A stretch of 64,000 bases of DNA from the IMG/VR virus record IMGVR_UViG_3300042922_000542, positions 1 through 64,000 of that record; one strand, written 5' to 3'. Of this stretch, positions 56,335-64,000 are shown piece after piece. The notes beneath the pieces are model-generated. The model was not told the DNA's origin. It saw only the letters and a list, made by a program, of their open reading frames with translations, and made no database searches. The position numbers and the translations under genes were made by a program. The DNA comes from a virus. Each line of letters begins with the position of its first letter. Position 1 is the first letter of the stretch.

Positions 56335-56979
56335 TTAATATCTAGGAATTAATTTTTCATATGTTTTCATAAATAATTGATCGTCTTCTGCAATGACACT
56401 CAGAGCATTCATAAATTTTTGATTTTTTTCGTTTGGAAAATAAAACTTGACATAACCATTTCTCCCAAATTTTTTTATCATGTGTTTTTTAACGCGATCT
56501 CGCTCTTCATCATATGTATAATTAGGATTAAGATTGGCACCATGGTGATATGCGCGAATTATAACCCTATGTACATCATCTATATCTTTATCAGCATCTG
56601 CTACTATTTTACCATAAATACTTCTTGGTTCTCTAGTAGAACTTGCACGATGATCTTCGACAGCTTCTTTAATAATTTGAATTTCTTCACTGGTAAACCA
56701 GGAATCTAATATTGAATCATTTTTAACCAATACGCCTGAATTTCTTTCATGTATATCCCTAGGCCCTATAGTTAATCCTAGATCATGATATGCTGCAACC
56801 GTATAAACAATATTGGGGTTAATGTCGTGCATATCTAATAATACGATTAGCTCCATTGATCTAGATATGACTTTTAATATGTGATCCCTCCCATGTCCTT
56901 TATCGCAAGTATCATACAACGGTATGATTGCATTTTCAATATATAATTGTAAATTAGGTTGCACTGAATCGTATTTCAT
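56335..56979 (-). CDS. HD-domain phosphohydrolase
   Basis: HGRDH...AAYHDLG signature. RBS TAGGAGGAA. Confidence 0.75.
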   Translation of the reverse strand: MKYDSVQPNLQLYIENAIIPLYDTCDKGHGRDHILKVISRSMELIVLLDMHDINPNIVYTVAAYHDLGLTIGPRDIHERNSGVLVKNDSILDSWFTSEEIQIIKEAVEDHRASSTREPRSIYGKIVADADKDIDDVHRVIIRAYHHGANLNPNYTYDEERDRVKKHMIKKFGRNGYVKFYFPNEKNQKFMNALSVIAEDDQLFMKTYEKLIPRY

Positions 56980-57288
56980 AATAATATTATTCCTCCTAAG
57001 ATTTTAATATGTCATAAATTTGTGTATAATGTTTTTTATAAAAATATTAGTACTTATTATTTTTTGATTCCTCCTATTTTATATTATTTTTATATATTTA
57101 TTTTTATTTAGTAATTATATTATTAATTTAAATAGTAACGAAGTATACATTTTTTGATATATATTCCTATACTATTATTAAATTAATAATATATAAGGTA
57201 TTATCACTCATATACGATATCAAGATCGCATATTGAATATATCTAAATATATATTATGATATTAATAAATTAATGGAGGATTATTATA

Positions 57289-57744
57289 ATGAAAGAAATA
57301 AATTTAAATGTAACATCATTTGTTATACCAAATACAGCTTCAAAAATGACTGAATTTCATGGTAAAGAGTTATATTTTAAAAATATACATGAATTGAATA
57401 ATATTGAATATAATGAAAATAATAAGATTGTACAACTGTGGTCATATAATCATGAAGAACTAAAATGTGATAATATTGGAAATCATAAATTTAAATTAGA
57501 AATTGATGGTATTACTGAAACTATGTTTATGGTAGATCTAACTTGGATACCTTATGAATTGATTAAAGATTGTAAAGAAGGGGATGTTGTAACATTTAAA
57601 TTTCCATATATGACTCATGATATTCATGACGTTACTTCAATTAATATGATATTCAATATTAATATGAAATGTCAACAAGCAGAATCTAGATATCGCAGAT
57701 TTGGTAATTTTGAAGATGTTGTTAAATCGGTTATGCGAATATAA
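57289..57744 (+). CDS. hypothetical protein (151 aa)
   Basis: RBS TGGAGGA. Confidence 0.7.
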   Translation: MKEINLNVTSFVIPNTASKMTEFHGKELYFKNIHELNNIEYNENNKIVQLWSYNHEELKCDNIGNHKFKLEIDGITETMFMVDLTWIPYELIKDCKEGDVVTFKFPYMTHDIHDVTSINMIFNINMKCQQAESRYRRFGNFEDVVKSVMRI

Positions 57745-57747
57745 AAT

Positions 57748-57775
57748 AAATAAGGTGGGTAAGCCCACCTTATTT
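57748..57775. terminator. bidirectional terminator hairpin
   Basis: aaataaggtggg-taag-cccaccttattt followed by a T-run. Confidence 0.8.
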
Positions 57776-57781
57776 ATTTTT

Positions 57782-60700
57782 TTAATCTAAATTTATATTT
57801 ATTTCATTTTTTATAATGTTGATAGTATTTTTTGTACTATTGATACTTATAATGTTTGGATCGTATACTTTATATAGAGCTTCATTTAGATTGTGTGTTA
57901 GTATACCATATTCATCATACAATCTAACTGACATTCCATACCATTCATTCTTATCAATTATTACATGTGATTGTAGGTATGGATCGTTATTAATTTCTTC
58001 TTTCCATTCATCATTTAATAGATTAACTATAGTTATATAATCGATTGGCTTCCATTTAAATTGGCTCCATACCATTGATCGACCTGTTAAAGGAATTCCC
58101 TCTAACGTTGGAGCATTTAATACCATATACTGGAATGGTGTATTTACTATATCCGGTAACGGTAAATCTTCTGATGTATATAATCTTAATAGTATATCTC
58201 TATCGGTATCAACATTCTCAGGATAATCTTTATAATCAGGATGATCTCTACCAACTTGTCGCCAAACAGGTGTTAATAATTTTTCTTGTTCATCAATTGC
58301 ATAGTTATCATCAGGCAATGTACCTTTTAACGCATCATCCAAATATGTTGAATAATTCCATACCGGATATGGTCTTAAACTATCTTCAGAATCTATTACT
58401 TCTAGAAACTCGTCACTGAAATACTCATCTTGTGATCTATTAATTTCAAGAATTTCTAAATTTTTTAATGAAGTTAATCCATGCAAAAATATTTTTGTTG
58501 GTGAAATAATCGTAACTTCATCATCTAATAATTTACCGTTTACCCAGAATTCAAAATATGTTTTGTTTAAAGGTTTATTTATTTTACCTTCAAGATTGAT
58601 ATAACCATGTTTGGGAATGTTTCTCTGTACATAAACTGATCTAACTGGGTAAGGTAGGGTTCTAATCTCAACTTGTTCATTGCGTCTATATAGATTTAAG
58701 AATGTAACATCAGTTCCAGTTTCAGTTAAATTGGTATCTAATGTAGGTTTCTCTGTTGAGCAATTAACTATTGGCATTCTAATATTATTTAGTAACATAT
58801 AAAATCTATCTTGCGGTGCTTGATAGTTTGGTATTTTATATGTTGGGGTCATTTCCCAGTCATTACCCATAAATCTCCATCTATGAGGAGTCTTATCTAT
58901 TGTAATAGTATAATTTGTCGGTTCTGGAATATTATATTTCGGAATTATCTTGAATTCACCTTTAGGTGGAACTGCCATTGCATCCGTTATATTTTTTATC
59001 CAACCATCATCGATTGATTCAATTTCAAATGTTCTAAACTCAACATACATTTTTGCAGCAGTATGGGTTCCTATATATTCACTCTGGTATATTATAAATT
59101 CATAATTTCCAGCATCAGGAATTTCAGGAATATGTCTAGGTGTAAATGATAGCACATGGCTTGACATATCGGATTTGATATCGCCAAATATCTGGATATT
59201 ATGATCCTTATTGTATGCCCATGCTGAACCGGTTGTATATCCATCCCCAGGATATGTTACAATATGTGATGTAATTTTGGTATAGGTTTCGGTTCCTTCA
59301 TATATAACATCAATTGGATCTGCAACTATTCTTATTTCATCTGATCCAACAATAGGAATTGCAGTACTGTCCTGATTTATTACTTGGACATCATCTATAT
59401 TGATTGTATTACCTACATCATCAATGACTGCTGTATTTTCATCTAGTATTACCTCAGTATTTTTTTCTTTGTATGATATATTTCTAAACCATACATCGAA
59501 TCTGCTGCTATCCATTACATTTTCGAAGCTATTTGTATTATTATTAAATAATATTATATCTTCTAAATGTATCTCATTACGATAATGCATATAATCAGCT
59601 AATTTGAATAGCATTCCATCTTCTTTAGTGTGTTCAGATATTGTATAGTTTTTAGTCTGTGTATATGGAAATAGTTTTCTAATACGAATTGATCTTCCGG
59701 TATTAATATTCACTCTAGCAGGTAATATGTTTATTTCATCAATGATAGATGTAAATATATCCAATTTTGCGTTACGTAATAATGAATTATTACGCTTTTG
59801 AGTATCAGCTGTTTTGTTTAGATATAATTTCATGTCATATTTGAAATATTCATCATCTTTTAGAAATGTTAATGTAAAACCTAAATCATTATCGTCATCA
59901 TCGAATATTGATTCCAATTCCCATCTACTTTGATCATTTAAATCCTCCCATTCTTTAGTAGTCCAGTTAAATACAGAGATATCATTAGGACCTATATTGT
60001 GAATGTAGGTAGAATTATTTTCATAATGTGGAACATATGTCGGTTTCCATTTTCTAGTATTTATGTTTCTTTTAATCATATCATATGATCTGACTGTCAT
60101 CCACGGTGCATCTGGATACTGTTGGCGGATGTTTGGATATCCGGGTTTATAATCAGAATCCATCCAAAATACATCAAACCATCTCCATGTCTCATCTGAG
60201 ATTATACCATCATCATATATTAATTCACCTAATCCATTTATACCTGTTATTTTATATATGCAACGATGTAAATCCCTAGTTTCGTCCACATTAATCCCGA
60301 CAGTTTTACCTATAATAACATTAGGTAGTTGTGATTTATTAACAGGCCTTTCTGCAAATGTTTCGAAATTATAATCGGTGACTACTGAATTTTCAGAGTT
60401 ACACATTAACACTTGGCTTATAAATTGATATTCCCCTTTAACTGGTTGATTTGGTGGAATTCTTTTAGTATCATCTATAAATGGGTGCGTAACTTCTTCA
60501 ACGTTTTGAATGCCATTCCACTTATCATTGATATCGCCTGTTATTGAATTATCAATACGATTTCCTTGGTAAAAGTGATGTTCTGGATCCCCATCGTCAC
60601 ATGCAGGGTCAGGTAATGGATCAAGCATTGGAATTGAAGGGTACATAAATGTATCATTACGATCATCCATTGGAAGATTATCATGACGATGTTCAATAAA

Positions 60701-63700
60701 TGTTATATCAGGCCACTTAGGTGATATTGGCTTTGATACACCGTCTGCCGTTAGTTTATCATAATTTGATACATGAAATTCATCATCAATGTTATTTTGC
60801 TGATCATCCACAGCATTTAAATTTTCCCCAGCTATATCATAGCGTTCATATATTAATTTACCATCAGTCAAACTTATTTCTGCGATACCTTTATATGGAT
60901 CCATTATAAGTTTAGATACTAATAATTTTAAACAATATTCATCAGCATCCACATATATTTCTTGACCATTATGGTATCCGGCTCCAGGGTCTTGAATTGT
61001 GATAGAATTGATTTTGTATATGAAATGTTGATCTCCGGAAATATACAATGAAGAATTCTTCAGATTGTTAATTTTATTTGCGTTGATGTATAAAACATCA
61101 AGTTTTCTAGAATTTAAATGTGAATTATCTTCATGACGTTGGTAGAAGTCTGTAACCTGTTTACCACCAATAAAGACTTCATAGTTTAATTCTAGATCAT
61201 GAATGTTATCGAATTTGAATGTCATTAATTCACTATCATCGAATTTATTTGGTGCATCTACGAAATAATTATCAGGATCTATTAACAGTTCTGGAGTAAT
61301 TGATTCAGTTTTTATATCGATCTTTAATCCATCTCCAGATATTTCATTTGTAAATGTTTCGAATACGCCCCATATCTTTTCACTCAATGCATATTCTATC
61401 ATTGGCTTAACTGATGCCACGCCTTCAGCATCAATCGATATAATTTCGAAGCATAATGAATATCCTTTCATCAATACATATTTATCTGGTATGGCTATAG
61501 ATACGATTTGTCCTACTGAATAATTGTTGCCAGGGGATGCTATAGAAGCTTCATATATTCGATAATACAGATTATCATTTATATTTGTATGATCCAATGG
61601 GTCCAAAATTGATTTCAATTCAACATCTAATGTATTTATTGTTACATTTGAAATATTAATTTCATCAATGCCGGTATTAATTTCAATGATTATATTCTTT
61701 AATTCATTTATCAAATTTACACAAATTATTTTTGCTTCTGAATTACTATACGCACTTAACATCAATGAATATTTATTAAGTACAGATGATACGTATTGTG
61801 TTATAAGCCTTAATGTGCTTTCGCTGTCCCATGCTTCACCACTGTTACATGCTATTTGTATATTATCACGTACTTCCTCAGCCATTTTATCTATAAACTG
61901 AGGATCACTCCACCCTAATAAATGCCTATAGTGTTTTATTGTTTCAATTAGATGATTATATTTTTTCAATAGTAATCTAATATCAAGTTTCGAACGTGAT
62001 TCAATTAGTTGATCTCCGGCCGTTTGAACATCTGGCAATTTATCGATTGCTAAATTAATAGATTCAATAAGATTTGAAGTGATATTACTACTATATTTAG
62101 CCAATATATAATTCCATCGTTCTTGGATATCATTAATCTTTGATATTACTTTAGATAATGCGAAGTTCTCAATTGGATTTGGGTTATTGGCTGATATTAC
62201 TAAAGCATTTAATATTTCATATATAAATGAAACAGTTGGTATTATTATTCTATTTGCAACTATTGGTATATCAGTTACTGAATTTACGTTAACCGTTAAC
62301 CCCATGCCAACATCCCCATTATCACGACTCATGTATGATTCTAATCTCGATGGATCATTAAATGATAATTGATAATAATTTATATGAGGTATAAGGCTTG
62401 TAACAGTTCCGTTAGGTAGCGTTTCATTAACTTCAAATGTTCCTACATCTGGAATATTGATAATATCATTATTGTTATATGAAACTCCGCTCGACTGGAT
62501 CGACAGATCATTTATACTATACATATTCATGTATGTCGGCCATTCGTTACAAGGTATATACGCTGTGTTTGCTAAATCGATATATGATATGCATGCATTT
62601 ATTTTATCCTGTAATATTGTATCGGATGTTTCATAATTCTGAAGTATTATTTTTATTTTATTTAATAATACAACGGAATATATTTCTTGATCGTATTTAC
62701 ATTGATCTAGTATATTAACGATATCGGTCGGTAAATTATTATCAAATGTATTTTTTAATGAATTTTCTAGTGTGAGAATATTAAATGTCAATGGAGGTCT
62801 CTTAACAATTCGATTTGTCATGTCCGAATCATCCAATATTTTTGTCATATAGTCAAAATATGATGGTATCCATTGATTATATAGGTATATTTCGAAATTT
62901 GATATTTTATCGTAACCATTCCATTTTAGTTTAATAATCTCTTTCATTTTATTCACTACATCATCAAATGGAAATCCAAAATCGTCACTTTTTAAATATG
63001 TCTCAAGACCCAATTTATAATATGGCTCCATTGTGTTAGTAAACAATTCATTGAATCTAACATATGATGGATTATCTGCAACGTATTCCATCATCTCCCA
63101 TTTACTACCAGTCAATAGCAATCCTTTATATATGGAATTCAATGCCATCCAATAGAAGCGTTCCATAAACACATTGTGATAAGCCCCTCTCATTTCTTCA
63201 TATCTATATAATACATCATCATATGAAGGGGTTAAGGGCATAATATCATTCGAGAGTTCTCTTGGATTAATCGTATCACTATAAAAAAAGAATGCCTTGT
63301 ATACACCATTTGGATTTATAGTTTCATTACTTAAGGGCTTGACAAAGTATACATCTGGAAAATGTTGGATAATTTCTCTTGCTTTTGGCCTCCATACCTG
63401 ATCTACGGTATCGTATTCGAAACACCAAAAGTTATTTACATCAACTGGGCGTTGAAAACGTACCTTTCCTTTATATTCATCAGGGTCACACCATAGGTAT
63501 TTCCTAGTAATAGATCTTATTATGTTGGCTATATAGAATTTTTCAGTTAAGCTAACACATTTTTGAATTATCGTATTGCATGTTGGATAAAAATCATATG
63601 GTATATATATTTCATTCCACCCAGCAGCTCGTATCATTTCTATTTCTTTAATAAATACATCCCATGCATCTTCCGTAACTTTATCACGTGGAGATAGACG

Positions 63701-64000
63701 TTTATCCAAAAATATACCTTGAGTATTATATAAATTTTCTCCATGATTTTTTAATAACTCAATCCATTGATTCCAATTTTCAGCATTCTTTAAATTGTCA
63801 TTTTTTATATAATGTTTGAAATTGCTTACTGTATTTGAAAATATCCCTATCGTAGATTTAAATGTATCTATTTCATCTCGAATAACATCATAGGGTTCAA
63901 TATGATTGGTATATGCATCAGATAATACTATAGGTCTTATTATATTCATCCATCCATCATAATTTTTTTGAGTACTAGGATTTTCATCGATGTATATCTG
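57782..64000 (-). CDS. giant protein (at least 2055 aa, possibly longer; frame stays open to the window edge)
   Basis: Uninterrupted 6.2-kb ORF. The 51 nt upstream of the first Met (63950-64000) are in frame with no stop and no obvious RBS, so the true start may lie outside the window. No catalytic motif recognised. Confidence 0.8.
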   Translation of the reverse strand, partial: QIYIDENPSTQKNYDGWMNIIRPIVLSDAYTNHIEPYDVIRDEIDTFKSTIGIFSNTVSNFKHYIKNDNLKNAENWNQWIELLKNHGENLYNTQGIFLDKRLSPRDKVTEDAWDVFIKEIEMIRAAGWNEIYIPYDFYPTCNTIIQKCVSLTEKFYIANIIRSITRKYLWCDPDEYKGKVRFQRPVDVNNFWCFEYDTVDQVWRPKAREIIQHFPDVYFVKPLSNETINPNGVYKAFFFYSDTINPRELSNDIMPLTPSYDDVLYRYEEMRGAYHNVFMERFYWMALNSIYKGLLLTGSKWEMMEYVADNPSYVRFNELFTNTMEPYYKLGLETYLKSDDFGFPFDDVVNKMKEIIKLKWNGYDKISNFEIYLYNQWIPSYFDYMTKILDDSDMTNRIVKRPPLTFNILTLENSLKNTFDNNLPTDIVNILDQCKYDQEIYSVVLLNKIKIILQNYETSDTILQDKINACISYIDLANTAYIPCNEWPTYMNMYSINDLSIQSSGVSYNNNDIINIPDVGTFEVNETLPNGTVTSLIPHINYYQLSFNDPSRLESYMSRDNGDVGMGLTVNVNSVTDIPIVANRIIIPTVSFIYEILNALVISANNPNPIENFALSKVISKINDIQERWNYILAKYSSNITSNLIESINLAIDKLPDVQTAGDQLIESRSKLDIRLLLKKYNHLIETIKHYRHLLGWSDPQFIDKMAEEVRDNIQIACNSGEAWDSESTLRLITQYVSSVLNKYSLMLSAYSNSEAKIICVNLINELKNIIIEINTGIDEINISNVTINTLDVELKSILDPLDHTNINDNLYYRIYEASIASPGNNYSVGQIVSIAIPDKYVLMKGYSLCFEIISIDAEGVASVKPMIEYALSEKIWGVFETFTNEISGDGLKIDIKTESITPELLIDPDNYFVDAPNKFDDSELMTFKFDNIHDLELNYEVFIGGKQVTDFYQRHEDNSHLNSRKLDVLYINANKINNLKNSSLYISGDQHFIYKINSITIQDPGAGYHNGQEIYVDADEYCLKLLVSKLIMDPYKGIAEISLTDGKLIYERYDIAGENLNAVDDQQNNIDDEFHVSNYDKLTADGVSKPISPKWPDITFIEHRHDNLPMDDRNDTFMYPSIPMLDPLPDPACDDGDPEHHFYQGNRIDNSITGDINDKWNGIQNVEEVTHPFIDDTKRIPPNQPVKGEYQFISQVLMCNSENSVVTDYNFETFAERPVNKSQLPNVIIGKTVGINVDETRDLHRCIYKITGINGLGELIYDDGIISDETWRWFDVFWMDSDYKPGYPNIRQQYPDAPWMTVRSYDMIKRNINTRKWKPTYVPHYENNSTYIHNIGPNDISVFNWTTKEWEDLNDQSRWELESIFDDDDNDLGFTLTFLKDDEYFKYDMKLYLNKTADTQKRNNSLLRNAKLDIFTSIIDEINILPARVNINTGRSIRIRKLFPYTQTKNYTISEHTKEDGMLFKLADYMHYRNEIHLEDIILFNNNTNSFENVMDSSRFDVWFRNISYKEKNTEVILDENTAVIDDVGNTINIDDVQVINQDSTAIPIVGSDEIRIVADPIDVIYEGTETYTKITSHIVTYPGDGYTTGSAWAYNKDHNIQIFGDIKSDMSSHVLSFTPRHIPEIPDAGNYEFIIYQSEYIGTHTAAKMYVEFRTFEIESIDDGWIKNITDAMAVPPKGEFKIIPKYNIPEPTNYTITIDKTPHRWRFMGNDWEMTPTYKIPNYQAPQDRFYMLLNNIRMPIVNCSTEKPTLDTNLTETGTDVTFLNLYRRNEQVEIRTLPYPVRSVYVQRNIPKHGYINLEGKINKPLNKTYFEFWVNGKLLDDEVTIISPTKIFLHGLTSLKNLEILEINRSQDEYFSDEFLEVIDSEDSLRPYPVWNYSTYLDDALKGTLPDDNYAIDEQEKLLTPVWRQVGRDHPDYKDYPENVDTDRDILLRLYTSEDLPLPDIVNTPFQYMVLNAPTLEGIPLTGRSMVWSQFKWKPIDYITIVNLLNDEWKEEINNDPYLQSHVIIDKNEWYGMSVRLYDEYGILTHNLNEALYKVYDPNIISINSTKNTINIIKNEININLD

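Noticed and set aside
57061-57075. Orphan Shine-Dalgarno-like AGGAGG on the minus strand in the 56980-57288 intergenic region
   Set aside because: No ATG, GTG or TTG lies within 15 nt downstream and no ORF follows. It is probably a chance match or a remnant.
57782-63949. The giant ORF as a crAss-type virion RNA polymerase or the missing beta-like partner
   Set aside because: I searched the translation for DxDGD/DFDGD-type triads and GDK..RHGNKG-type motifs. I found only Asp-rich runs (FDDDDND, CDDGDP) that do not fit. There is no support.
1-64000. tRNA, rRNA, tmRNA, integrase/recombinase, transposase, toxin-antitoxin or CRISPR-Cas components
   Set aside because: Every intergenic gap is under 310 nt and AT-rich, without a GTTCGAATC-type T-arm or cloverleaf potential. 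No ORF shows tyrosine- or serine-recombinase or DDE motifs that I could recognise.

Overview
This window looks like a strongly AT-rich (about 70% A+T by eye), densely packed piece of a large tailed-phage genome, possibly jumbo-like. I found no rRNA, tRNA, CRISPR array, integrase or transposase. Almost every gene has a GGAGG-type ribosome-binding site. Most gene-block junctions carry a GC-cored palindromic hairpin that stands out against the AT-rich background.

Functions I can support from motifs:
- 5'-3' exonuclease/FEN (9220-10104)
- thymidylate synthase plus DHFR operon (24757-26080)
- trimeric dUTPase (33744-34340)
- UvsX/RecA-family recombinase split by an intein in its P-loop (41755-44079)
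- multisubunit-type beta-prime-like RNA polymerase protein with a DYDGD active site (46671-49472)
- SF2 DExH helicase (53150-54577)
- two HD-domain hydrolases and a GKD P-loop kinase-like protein
- two tail-fibre-like proteins (5361-9107, with about 18 Asp-box/BNR-like blades; 21310-23634)
- several very large proteins of unknown function (939, 637, 1031 and more than 2055 aa)

The most unusual region is 11.6-21.2 kb on the minus strand, directly downstream of a tail-fibre gene. It holds four radical-SAM enzymes, three of them with SPASM-like C-termini. They are interleaved with four proteins dominated by cysteine:
- a 421-aa protein with 78 Cys, mostly spaced Cx3C
- a roughly 545-aa protein with 52 Cys in its C-terminal half
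- a protein ending in 13 Cys spaced C-x-C
- a 97-aa protein ending in CSCTSRGCNC

I read this as a phage-borne protein-scale Cys-modification or cross-linking system, RiPP-like chemistry applied to large and possibly virion-associated proteins. I do not know of a described equivalent.

A second, smaller candidate locus lies at 35.5-36.8 kb: small peptide genes, a hairpin, then a short radical-SAM enzyme.

All functional calls rest on motif recognition by eye. No database search was possible, and many ORFs remain hypothetical.
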